Assembly (NCBI GenBank): GCA_963761305.1
Contig: CAVXGK010000002.1
Coordinates: 2,592,001 to 2,656,000 of the forward strand
Direction: 5' to 3'
From: an uncultured Gemmatimonadaceae bacterium
GTDB taxonomy: Bacteria > Gemmatimonadota > Gemmatimonadetes > Gemmatimonadales > Gemmatimonadaceae
DNA length: 64,000 nucleotides
Position 1 is the first letter of the stretch. Each line of letters begins with the position of its first letter. The notes beneath the pieces are model-generated. The model was not told the origin of the DNA, searched no databases, and worked only from the letters and a program-made list of their open reading frames with translations. The translations under genes and the position numbers were made by a program. Of this stretch, positions 37,135 through 46,159 are shown piece by piece.

Positions 37135-39141
37135 GTGAAAAGAATTTTGGGAGCGGCGCTGCTCGCCGTCGCCGCGGCTTGTGCCCGCAAGTCGCAGACG
37201 CCGACGGTCCAGACCGCTCTTGCCACGCGCCGCGACATCATCGTCGACGCGCAGGCAAACGGCACGATGGAACCGATCGCCATCATCGACGTGAAGTCCA
37301 AGGCCTCCGGCGTCATCGACAAGATGACCGTCGAGACGGGAACGAACGTCAAGCCCGGTGATCTGATCGTTCAGATCAACACGCGCGACGTGCAGAACCG
37401 GTACGACCAGGCCAAGGCCATGCTCGATGCCGCGCAGGCCAAGCTCCAGGTCTCCGAAGCGAACAAGACGCGCAACGAAGCGATGTTCAAGGCGCGCGTC
37501 ATCACGCCGCAGGAGTTCGAGCAGGTCGCCGTCGATTACGAGAACGCGAAATCCGGCGTCGTGAACGGGCAGGCGAACCTCGACCTCGCCAAGCAGAGCC
37601 TCGAAGACGCCACGGTCAAGGCGCCGAGCGAAGGCACGATCATCACGAAGAACGTGTCGGAGGGAACGGTCATCGCCGGCGCGACGAACTCCGTGAGCGG
37701 CGGCACGACGATCGTGCAGATGGCCGACTTGAGCATCGTCAGAATCCGCGCGTTCTTCAACGAGTCCGACATCGGCAACGTGCACCCGGGCGAGCCGGCC
37801 AACGTCACCGTCGACGCGTATCCCGATCGGCGCTTCAGCGGCGTCGTACAGAAGATCGAGCCGCAGGCCGTCGTACAGCAGAACGTCACGATGTTCCCGG
37901 TGCTGGTGAACCTCGAGAATCACGACGGGCTTCTTCGCCCCGGCATGAACGGCGAAGTGTCGGTGCTGATCGATGAAGTCGACAACGTCGTCGCCGTGCC
38001 CAACGACGCGATCAAGAATCCGCGCGAGGCCGTGGCGACCGGCGCGATGCTCGGCCTGAACGCCGACTCGGTGCAGGCCTCGCTGCGCGCGCAGGGATTC
38101 ACCGGCGGCGGCAATCGCGGTGGTTTTGGCGGACGGGGCGGGAACGGCGCCGGCGGCGGTCGTAACAGCGGCGCGCCGGGTGGTGGAGGTGCGCCGGGTG
38201 GCGCTCCGGCTACGAACGGCGCGACCAACGGCGCTGCGACGCCCACCGGCACCGCGTTCGGTGACGTTGCGCTGGCCGGCGAGCCCGCGCAGGGACCCGG
38301 CAACGGCGCCTCCCAAGGCGGCGGCCAGTTCGGCATGCAGGTATCGGATACCGACTGCAAGAAGATCGACGACGTCCTCAAGGCGCATCCGAAAGAGAAG
38401 AAGCAGCTCGACGATCTGCGGACCAAGATGCAGGCGCTCCGTCCGGCCAACTTCGGCAACAACGGAGCGAACGGAAATCGCGGCTTCGGCGGCCGCACCC
38501 GCGGCGACTCGGCCGGCGGGTCACGTCCGCGCGGCAACGGTGGCGGCGGCGGTGCCGATTCATCCGGCCAGCGCCGTCGTGGCGGCAATGGTGGTAATGG
38601 TGGTGGCGCCAACGGCGGAGGCGGCAATGGTGGCGGCTTCCGCGGCTCGCCCGAGATGCAGGCGATCAACGACCAGATGCGCACGATTTACACAACGCTC
38701 AAGATCGACGCTCGTACGGCCGGCGCGTGTGCTCGCCGTCAGGCTGGCCCAGCGGGGCAACAGGCGAGCGGCGGCGCTTCGCGGACGAAGGGTGCGCAGG
38801 CTGGACAGGGCGCGCTCACGCCGTCCCCGGAGTACGCGGCGCGACCGACTCGCGCACGCACCGGCCTGGTGTTCGTCTCGGACAGCACCAAGACGCACTT
38901 CGCTCCGCGCATCGTGCAACTCGGCGAGGGCAACCTCGACTACACCGAAGTGCAGAGCGGTCTCAAGGAAGGTGAGCGGGTCGTGATGCTGGGCGCGCTC
39001 GCGCTGCAAGCGCAGCGTCAAGCGCAGCAGGATCGCGTGCGCGCCACCGCCAGTCCGCTTGGCGGCGGCCAGCAGCCTGGCCCCGGTCCCGGCGCCGGCG
39101 GTGCACGTGGTGGGGGTGGCGGCGGCGGGCGTGGAGGCTGA
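37135..39141 (+). CDS. Efflux periplasmic adaptor (MacA-like MFP), lipoprotein, with large Gly-rich insertion
   Basis: Lipobox AAAC; V.SKASG, G..VK.GD, APSEG.I, LRPGM, EVQSGLKEGERVV. Confidence 0.85.
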   Translation: MKRILGAALLAVAAACARKSQTPTVQTALATRRDIIVDAQANGTMEPIAIIDVKSKASGVIDKMTVETGTNVKPGDLIVQINTRDVQNRYDQAKAMLDAAQAKLQVSEANKTRNEAMFKARVITPQEFEQVAVDYENAKSGVVNGQANLDLAKQSLEDATVKAPSEGTIITKNVSEGTVIAGATNSVSGGTTIVQMADLSIVRIRAFFNESDIGNVHPGEPANVTVDAYPDRRFSGVVQKIEPQAVVQQNVTMFPVLVNLENHDGLLRPGMNGEVSVLIDEVDNVVAVPNDAIKNPREAVATGAMLGLNADSVQASLRAQGFTGGGNRGGFGGRGGNGAGGGRNSGAPGGGGAPGGAPATNGATNGAATPTGTAFGDVALAGEPAQGPGNGASQGGGQFGMQVSDTDCKKIDDVLKAHPKEKKQLDDLRTKMQALRPANFGNNGANGNRGFGGRTRGDSAGGSRPRGNGGGGGADSSGQRRRGGNGGNGGGANGGGGNGGGFRGSPEMQAINDQMRTIYTTLKIDARTAGACARRQAGPAGQQASGGASRTKGAQAGQGALTPSPEYAARPTRARTGLVFVSDSTKTHFAPRIVQLGEGNLDYTEVQSGLKEGERVVMLGALALQAQRQAQQDRVRATASPLGGGQQPGPGPGAGGARGGGGGGGRGG

Positions 39142-39145
39142 TTAA

Positions 39146-40366
39146 ATGCTGATCGGCGAAATCATCAGCGTCGCGCTCGGCGCGCTGCGTGCCAACAAGC
39201 TGCGTTCGCTCCTTACGATGCTCGGCATCGTGATCGGCGTCGGCGCGGTGATCGCGGTCGTCGCGCTGGGCACCGGGGCGCAGCAGGCGGTGAAGGATCG
39301 CATCGCGGCACTCGGCACGACCCTCCTCACCGTGAGCCCGGGCCAGCAGCGCGGCCAGGGCGTGGCGATCGCGGGCGCCGTGCAGCGCCTCACGATCGAG
39401 GATGCGAAGGCGGTGGACGAACACGCGATGCATCTCCTGGCGGTGCAGCCCGAAATGCGCTCGATGCAGCAAATCGTGGTCGGCAACAAGAACGCGAACA
39501 CGCAGATCATCGGGACCACGCCGAACTACCTCGAGGTTCGCAAGTACTCGCTGCAGGCGGGGCAGATGTTCACCGCGGCGGACGACGAGGGCCGTCAGCG
39601 CGTCGCGGTGGTCGGCAACACGGTCGTCAACAACCTCGGTATCACGACCCCCGAAGCGCTCGTCGGCGAGACGGTGAGAATTCGCGGAACGCAGTTCACC
39701 GTCGTCGGCGTGATGGCCCCCAAGGGGCAAGCCAACGCGTTTCAGGATCCGGACGACGAAATCCTCGTTCCGATCGAGACCGCGCGCTTCCGCGTGAACG
39801 GATCCGATCGTCTCGCGTCGATCAGCGCGCTCGCCGAGTCGGAGGATGAGATCCCGGACGCGATGGCGGAGATTCAGCGCGTGCTGCGCCGCCAGCACAA
39901 GATTCGCCAAGGCCTCCCGGACGATTTTCAGATCCGTAATCAGGCCGACATTCTGCAGACGACGCAGGAAACGACGCAGGTCATGACCTACCTGCTCTCC
40001 GGCATCGCGGCCGTATCGCTGCTGGTCGGCGGCATCGGCATCATGAACATCATGCTCGTGTCGGTCACCGAACGCACTCGAGAGATCGGAATTCGAAAGG
40101 CGCTCGGCGCGACACGCGCAAACATCCTGCTGCAATTCCTCATCGAGGCCGTTGTGCTCTGTCTCCTCGGCGGCATGATCGGCATCGCCCTCGGAGCGGG
40201 CGGAGCGACGGTGATGAGCCATACGGCGGGATGGTCGACGCAGGTATCACTCGGCGCGGTCACCATGGCGTTCGCGTTCTCGGCACTGGTCGGCCTTTCG
40301 TTCGGCGTGTGGCCGGCCCGGCGGGCCGCGGTGCTCGATCCGATCGTGGCGCTGCGGTACGAGTAG
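39146..40366 (+). CDS. MacB/FtsX-type ABC transporter permease (no fused NBD)
   Basis: RSLLTMLGIVIGV, GGIGIMNIMLVSVTERTREIGIRKALGA, PARRAA.LDPI.ALRYE. Confidence 0.93.
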   Translation: MLIGEIISVALGALRANKLRSLLTMLGIVIGVGAVIAVVALGTGAQQAVKDRIAALGTTLLTVSPGQQRGQGVAIAGAVQRLTIEDAKAVDEHAMHLLAVQPEMRSMQQIVVGNKNANTQIIGTTPNYLEVRKYSLQAGQMFTAADDEGRQRVAVVGNTVVNNLGITTPEALVGETVRIRGTQFTVVGVMAPKGQANAFQDPDDEILVPIETARFRVNGSDRLASISALAESEDEIPDAMAEIQRVLRRQHKIRQGLPDDFQIRNQADILQTTQETTQVMTYLLSGIAAVSLLVGGIGIMNIMLVSVTERTREIGIRKALGATRANILLQFLIEAVVLCLLGGMIGIALGAGGATVMSHTAGWSTQVSLGAVTMAFAFSALVGLSFGVWPARRAAVLDPIVALRYE

Positions 40367-40397
40367 ACGACGCGCCGTTTCGGCAATCACGAGTTGA

Positions 40398-40444
40398 GCT
40401 CAACCGCGCAGGGGACTTGGTCTCCTGCGCGGTTGAGCGTTTTG
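40398..40444 (+). terminator. Long hairpin, probable terminator of the efflux operon
   Basis: gctcaaccgcgcaggggac / gtctcctgcgcggttgagc 19-bp stem (one G-U) then gttttg. Confidence 0.7.
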
Positions 40445-40486
40445 CGGGATTGCCTGAGCGACGGACATTGCTTGCCGTGCCCGTCT

Positions 40487-40542
40487 CCGCACCCCGCACC
40501 CCGCACCCCGCACCCCGCACCCCGCACTCCGCACTCCGCACT
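40487..40542. repeat. Heptamer tandem repeat (CCGCACC)5(CCGCACT)3
   Basis: Read directly from sequence. Confidence 0.95.
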
Positions 40543-40546
40543 CCGC

Positions 40547-40606
40547 TTGACACGATATATCTCCCCGTTATATCGTACTTGCACAACGATATATCGAACT
40601 AGGAGG
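40547..40606 (+). promoter_or_regulatory. padR promoter with three CGATATATCG-like operators and RBS
   Basis: TTGACA 40547-40552; cgatatatct 40553-62; cgttatatcg 40566-75; perfect palindrome cgatatatcg 40587-96; AGGAGG 40601-06. Confidence 0.75.
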
Positions 40607-40610
40607 CACC

Positions 40611-41246
40611 ATGTGGGGACCATTCGCTCTCGGAATCGACTCTAACACCTGTGGCGAGCGCCGTTTCCGCTGGGGCTGGGACGCCTTCGGCGGCTGGGGC
40701 ACTGGCGGGCCCCGCGGACGGCACTGGAAGGGCCGTGCAGGCCGCCTGTTCGAGCAGGGAGACCTCAAGTACGTCATCCTCAGGCTGCTCGAGGAGAAGC
40801 CCCGCCACGGGTACGAGATCATCAAGGAGCTGGAAGGCCGCTTTGGGGGCTCGTATGTGCCCAGTCCGGGCACCGTCTACCCCACCCTGACCATGCTCGA
40901 AGACCTGGGCTACGCCCGGGCCGTTCCCGAAGAAGGTGGCAAGAAGGTCTACGAGATCACGGACGAAGGCCGGAGGTACCTGGCCGAGCACAGCACTACG
41001 GTCGACGACATCTTCGAGCGGATCGCGCGGTTCGTCGAAGGGTTCACCGACACGCCGATGATGGAGCTCAATCAGGCATTCCAGCGCCTCGCGCGGAGCA
41101 CGTACAAGACGGCTACGGCCCACATTGGGGAGAAGGAGATGCTGGAGCGTCTCCGTGACATCATTCGTCGCGCAGGCGACGAAGTCGAGGCCGCGACCAA
41201 GGGATCGCCGTCGCCGGGCGCGGCAGCCGACCCGCCGCCCGAGTAA
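40611..41246 (+). CDS. PadR family transcriptional regulator (YqjI-like)
   Basis: GDLK..IL.LL.EKPRHGYEIIK, PSPG.VYP.L..LED.G, KVY.IT..G. Confidence 0.9.
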   Translation: MWGPFALGIDSNTCGERRFRWGWDAFGGWGTGGPRGRHWKGRAGRLFEQGDLKYVILRLLEEKPRHGYEIIKELEGRFGGSYVPSPGTVYPTLTMLEDLGYARAVPEEGGKKVYEITDEGRRYLAEHSTTVDDIFERIARFVEGFTDTPMMELNQAFQRLARSTYKTATAHIGEKEMLERLRDIIRRAGDEVEAATKGSPSPGAAADPPPE

Positions 41247-41411
41247 GTTGCCGCGAACCGGCGCGGCGGCCTGCTTGGACCCCTCTCAGGCGAGCGCTAG
41301 ATTTCAAGACTGGGTCGCGGATGCCGTTCCGCGACCCGTTTTTGCGTAGTCTCCGACGGGTCGTCTCCCGTGCGACAAAGGAGCGACGCGCCCGTTGCTG
41401 AAGCACCGTTC

Positions 41412-43541
41412 ATGACCTCTCGCCCTAGACCCGCTGGCAGTGACGCGAGCGATCCTCCGCCCGCGGGCTCGGTCTCCGGTTCGCCCGCCACCCCCACCAG
41501 CCCTCAGCCCGCCGAGTCGACGACGACGCCGCTGCCGCTTCCAGGCAGCGCGCCGCAGACGACCGGTACGACGACTGGATTTCACGCGGCGGCGGTTCCG
41601 CAGCGTCACCCCGTCGAGGCGAACCCTCGGGGCAAGCGGCTCGGCCTTCTCTCGCTGACCGCGCTCGGCATCGTCTACGGTGACATCGGGACGAGCCCGC
41701 TCTACGCGCTGCAGCAGTGTTTCACGTCGAAGGAGCACACGATTCCGCCGACCACGGCCAACGTGTACGGCGTGCTGTCGTTGATCGTGTGGCTCCTCGT
41801 GCTCGTCGTCGCCGTGAAGTACCTCGTGTTCATCATGCGCGCCGACAACCGCGGCGAGGGCGGCATTCTCGCGCTGCTGGCGTTGCTCCTCCAACAGGAG
41901 CGCCGGTCGCGGTCGCGGCGGCGTATCGTCCTCGTCGGACTCGGACTGTTCGGCGCCGCGCTGCTCTACGGCGACGGTATGATCACACCGGTGATCTCCG
42001 TGCTCGGCGCGATCGAAGGCTTGAACGTCGTCACGCCGGCGTTCCAGAGTATGATCGTGCCGGTGTCGGTGGTGATCCTGTTCATGCTGTTCGCGGTACA
42101 GCGCTTTGGCACGGGACGAGTCGGCACGGCGTTCGGGCCGATCATGTGCGTCTGGTTCGTGGCGATCGGCGGGCTGGGCTTGTGGGAAATCGCGAAAGAA
42201 CCCCGCATTCTCGCCGCGCTGAATCCGTTGCACGGTCTGCAGTTCTTCGCCGACAACGGCCGCGTCGGATTTCTCACGCTCGGCGCGGTCGTGCTCGCGG
42301 TGACGGGGGCCGAGGCGCTCTACGCGGACATGGGACACTTCGGCAAGCGGCCCATTCGACTGGCCTGGTTCGCGCTCGTCATGCCGGCGCTCCTGCTCAA
42401 CTATTTTGGCCAGGGCGCGATCCTGCTGCGCAATCCGGCCGCGGTGGCGAATCCGTTCTATTTTCTCGCGCCGCGTTCGCTCCTGGTGCCGCTCGTGGTT
42501 CTGGCGACGATGGCCGCCGTGATCGCGTCTCAGGCGCTGATCTCGGGCGCGTTCTCGCTCACGCGGCAAGCCGTGCAGCTCGGCTACTCGCCACGCGTGA
42601 CGATCCTGCACACATCGCGCAGCGTGGCCGGGCAGATCTATGTGCCGGAGATCAACAACATCCTGATGATCGGATGCCTGGTGCTCGTCATCGCGTTCGG
42701 ATCTACCCAGGCGATCGGTGCGGCCTACGGCATCGCGGTCACCGGCACGATGGCCATCACGTCGCTGCTGTTCGCCGTCGTCGCACATTCGCGATGGAAT
42801 TGGTCGCTGGGGCACGTGCTCCCGATCATGATCGCGTTCTTGACGATCGACGTGTCGCTCTTCGCGGCCAATGTGATCAAGATCTGGTACGGCGGTTGGG
42901 TGCCGATCGCGATCGCCATCGGCGTGTTCACGCTGATGAGCACGTGGAAGACGGGCCGCTATCTCCTCACCAAGACGCTCAACGCCGGCGCGCTGCCACT
43001 CGACCTCTTCCTGGGCGACGTGGCGCGACGGAAGCCGCCGCGCGTTCCGGGAACGGCCGTCTTCATGACGTCGTCCAACGAGGCCGTGCCGGTCGTGTTG
43101 CTGCACCACCTCAAGCACAACAAGGTGCTGCACGAGCAGGTGATTCTCATGTCGGTGGTCACCCACGAAGTGCCCGAAGTCCCGGCCGAGGATCGCGTGT
43201 CGGTCGAGAAGCTCGAACAAGGCTTCTATCGAGTGACGGCGGGCTACGGGTTCATGGAGTCGCCGAACGTGCCCGAGGTTCTGCAGCGCGCGCGCGATTT
43301 CGGCATCAAGGCCAAACGCAACGAGACGACCTTTTACTTGGGACGCGAGCGCGTGATCGTCGCCGACGGCAAGCAGCGCAGCGAAGCGCGGCGGCCACCT
43401 GAAGGCGTTCCGCTGCCCACGATGTCGCGGTGGCGGAAGAAGCTCTTCATCATCATGTCGCGCAACGCGCGCTCGGCGACCGAGTTCTTCGGCATTCCGC
43501 CGAACCGCGTCGTCGAGCTCGGGGCACAAGTCGAGTTCTGA
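41412..43541 (+). CDS. kup: Potassium transporter Kup
   Basis: LGIVYGDIGTSPLYA, DNRGEGG, YGDG.ITP.ISV, GAEALYADMGHFG, GQIYVP, AYGIAV, YGFME. Confidence 0.95.
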   Translation: MTSRPRPAGSDASDPPPAGSVSGSPATPTSPQPAESTTTPLPLPGSAPQTTGTTTGFHAAAVPQRHPVEANPRGKRLGLLSLTALGIVYGDIGTSPLYALQQCFTSKEHTIPPTTANVYGVLSLIVWLLVLVVAVKYLVFIMRADNRGEGGILALLALLLQQERRSRSRRRIVLVGLGLFGAALLYGDGMITPVISVLGAIEGLNVVTPAFQSMIVPVSVVILFMLFAVQRFGTGRVGTAFGPIMCVWFVAIGGLGLWEIAKEPRILAALNPLHGLQFFADNGRVGFLTLGAVVLAVTGAEALYADMGHFGKRPIRLAWFALVMPALLLNYFGQGAILLRNPAAVANPFYFLAPRSLLVPLVVLATMAAVIASQALISGAFSLTRQAVQLGYSPRVTILHTSRSVAGQIYVPEINNILMIGCLVLVIAFGSTQAIGAAYGIAVTGTMAITSLLFAVVAHSRWNWSLGHVLPIMIAFLTIDVSLFAANVIKIWYGGWVPIAIAIGVFTLMSTWKTGRYLLTKTLNAGALPLDLFLGDVARRKPPRVPGTAVFMTSSNEAVPVVLLHHLKHNKVLHEQVILMSVVTHEVPEVPAEDRVSVEKLEQGFYRVTAGYGFMESPNVPEVLQRARDFGIKAKRNETTFYLGRERVIVADGKQRSEARRPPEGVPLPTMSRWRKKLFIIMSRNARSATEFFGIPPNRVVELGAQVEF

Positions 43542-43543
43542 CG

Positions 43544-43584
43544 AAAAAACGACGCCGGGCGAAAGACACATCGCCCGGCGTCGT
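43544..43584 (-). terminator. Intrinsic terminator between convergent kup and PDZ genes
   Basis: acgacgccgggcga / tcgcccggcgtcgt 14-bp stem; T-run on the minus strand. Confidence 0.75.
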
Positions 43585-43607
43585 GCACTGCCCCCCGGCG
43601 TTTCAGC

Positions 43608-44603
43608 TCACCACGAGACGCGATTGCCGAACGCGAAGCCGCGTCCGACACCGGCCAGCGCTCCACCCACCGCGGTGCTGGCGATGCGCGCGCCGTCGAT
43701 CGCGCGCCGAACCTGGTCGCCGATGTCCTGGCCGCCGATGGCCATCGGACCGACGATCCGCGGAAAATCGAAGTTGTCGCCGCCCATGATGGTGACCGAG
43801 CGATTTCGACGTGAGAAGTCCGAGGCACGCGCCGCCTTCAACGTGACGTTCTTGTACTGCCCGTTGAAGTAGACGCGGAGCGTGGCGTCGTCGCCGGGCT
43901 TGAGCCGCGAGATCTCGCGCTCGAGCCGTGACACCGTCGACGTCCGGAACATCATGTCGTCTTCGTCGGTCGAGTGGCTGGCGCGGACGTCGACGGTGTT
44001 GATCGACGCGATGCGGCTTCCTTCTTCGATGCCCGCTTTCGCGGCCGGTCCGTTTTCGTCGACGCCGAGCACGAACACGCCGAGCGAGTCGCGGCGGCTG
44101 CCGGTGCTGGCGAGCTGGAGACCGAGCGACGCGCGGTCGTCGAGCGTCCGCCGCGAGAGCGACTCATAGAGCGAATCGGAGGAGATCGTCTTCACCTTCA
44201 CCGCCTTCGTCTGTCCGCTGGTGTAGACGTGGAGGTCGACCTCGTCGCCCGGCTTGAGCTTGTCGAGCTCGCGCGTCAAACGCCGCGTCATGACGCCGGC
44301 CATGTCGTCGTCGCCGACGTCGGCAGCGTTGAGCTTGAGGTTCACGCCGTCGATCGACGCGATCCGGTTCCCTTCCTCGAGGCCCGCCTTGTCGGCGGGG
44401 CTTCCCGTCCGGATCGAGGTGACGAGTACGCCGAGCGTGTCGCGGCTCGACACGGCGCTCGACGTCGTGATGCCGATGACGGCTTGGGGCTGGCCCGTCA
44501 GGGACAGCCGGTACGGTCCGGCCTCGACCCGCGCCCGCGCGGGGTTCTGTGCGGCGAGCGCGCTCGCGGCGAGCAGGGCGGGGCTCAGAGCAATCAGTCG
44601 CAT
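43608..44603 (-). CDS. Secreted protein with two PDZ domains
   Basis: Signal peptide; two copies of GV.V..V..GSPA.KAG.EEG.RI.SI; no protease motif seen. Confidence 0.8.
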   Translation of the reverse strand: MRLIALSPALLAASALAAQNPARARVEAGPYRLSLTGQPQAVIGITTSSAVSSRDTLGVLVTSIRTGSPADKAGLEEGNRIASIDGVNLKLNAADVGDDDMAGVMTRRLTRELDKLKPGDEVDLHVYTSGQTKAVKVKTISSDSLYESLSRRTLDDRASLGLQLASTGSRRDSLGVFVLGVDENGPAAKAGIEEGSRIASINTVDVRASHSTDEDDMMFRTSTVSRLEREISRLKPGDDATLRVYFNGQYKNVTLKAARASDFSRRNRSVTIMGGDNFDFPRIVGPMAIGGQDIGDQVRRAIDGARIASTAVGGALAGVGRGFAFGNRVSW

Positions 44604-44707
44604 AAGACCTCGTGAAATCGTGGATGTGCGACCTGTGAGTCACGCCGTCGACCGAGGAGGGTTTACTGGCCGCCTTCCCCCGGGTCCCGCGTGGCCTACC
44701 TTGTGGC

Positions 44708-45847
44708 ATGACTCAGGAAGCACCCACCCGCCCGACCGTCGACCTTCACACCTTCCACCATCACTGGCAGGACGAGGCCGACGCGGCGTATCTGTATCGG
44801 CTGTTGGCCGGCGCCGAGAAGGATGCGAAAAAAAGCGACCTGTATCGCCGGCTCGCCGATGTCGAGGACCGACACGTCGAGATCTGGGCGACGCTGCTGC
44901 GCGAGCACGGCGGCGACCCCGGGACGTTCCGGCCCAGCGCGCGGACGAAGCTTCTCGCGAATCTCGGCAAGGTGCTGGGTCCTGGATTTCTGCTCCCGAT
45001 GCTGCTCGCCGAGGAAGGGCGCGAGGTCAGAAGCTATCTCGACATGCACCGGCGGACGACGCGCGGCGCGCCGGGGGCTTCGGAATCGCTGCTCCTGGCG
45101 CGTGAGTCGGCCGAGCACGCGACGACGCTCACCGAGATTTCCGGGCGGAGCGGCGAGCCATGGCACCGCGCCGAGTCGGGCGGGTTCCTGCGCAACGTCG
45201 TCTACGGATTCAACGACGGGCTGACGGCGAACTTCGGTCTCGTCGCGGGCGTGATCGGCGCGTCAGCCCAGGCGGCGCATCACACGGTGATCGTGGCCGG
45301 CGTGGCCGGTCTCATCGCCGACGCGCTGTCCATGGGGTCGAGCGGCTATCTGGCGGCAAAGAGCGAGCAGGAGGTCTACGCCAACGAGATCGCGATGGAG
45401 CGCGACGAGATCGCGTTGATGCCCGAGGTCGAGCGCGACGAGCTGGCCCTGATCTACGAGACGAAGGGCATGTCGGCGGATTCCGCGCTCGCGCTGGCGA
45501 CGGAGGTGATGGGCGATCCGCAGCGGATGCTGCACGAACAGGTGCAGCAGGAGCTCGGCATCGGCGATCCCCACATGTCGCCGCTGCGCGAGGGCTGGGT
45601 GACGGGCGGGGCGACGGCGATCGGCGCGTTCATCCCGGTCTTTCCATTTCTCATATGGTCCGGCACGACGGCCGTGGTGTTGTCGTTCACCGTCTCGATG
45701 GCGTCGCACTGGATCGTCGGCGCGGCGAGGTCGGTGTTCACGGGCCGCAGCGTGTTCCGGTCCGGCCTCGACATGTTCGTCGTGGGACTCGGCGTGGCCG
45801 TCGTCGCCTATTTCGTTGGCGAATGGATCGCTCGGCTCATCGCGTAG
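44708..45847 (+). CDS. Rubrerythrin/ferritin-like domain fused to VIT1/CCC1 metal transporter
   Basis: N-terminal E..Y..LA / EDRH / ESAEH; VIT1 LRNVVYGFNDGL, AGLIADALSMG..YL. Confidence 0.88.
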   Translation: MTQEAPTRPTVDLHTFHHHWQDEADAAYLYRLLAGAEKDAKKSDLYRRLADVEDRHVEIWATLLREHGGDPGTFRPSARTKLLANLGKVLGPGFLLPMLLAEEGREVRSYLDMHRRTTRGAPGASESLLLARESAEHATTLTEISGRSGEPWHRAESGGFLRNVVYGFNDGLTANFGLVAGVIGASAQAAHHTVIVAGVAGLIADALSMGSSGYLAAKSEQEVYANEIAMERDEIALMPEVERDELALIYETKGMSADSALALATEVMGDPQRMLHEQVQQELGIGDPHMSPLREGWVTGGATAIGAFIPVFPFLIWSGTTAVVLSFTVSMASHWIVGAARSVFTGRSVFRSGLDMFVVGLGVAVVAYFVGEWIARLIA

Positions 45848-45880
45848 TCCTTTTCGCTCCGACAACTGCACCTGCGCCCT

Positions 45881-46118
45881 GAACTGCTCAACTCAAGACG
45901 CAGAGGTCGCAGAGACGCAGAGGGTTCTCCGCCCGGGTGGTGAAATCGCAGCGGGCCGGGAGAAGTGCCTTTTTGTTACAGCCGCTCGGGAAGCCCCTGA
46001 GCGCACGGTGCCCATGACGTCCCGAGCGGCTGTTCCCAAAAAAACACGTCCCTTGCAGGCCGAACCCTGGCTGATGTGCAGTTCTCTGGGTTCTCTGCGC
46101 CTCTGAGTCGAAGCAGTT
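45881..46118. repeat. Nested palindromic intergenic element, copy 2
   Basis: Terminal aactgc...gcagtt; cgcagag repeats / ctctgcg; core acagccgctcggga/tcccgagcggctgt flanked by T5 and A7; followed by a GTTGCT-type hexamer run to about 46149. Confidence 0.8.
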
Positions 46119-46159
46119 GCCGTTGCTGTTGCTGTTGCTGTTGGTGTTGGCGCAGATGC

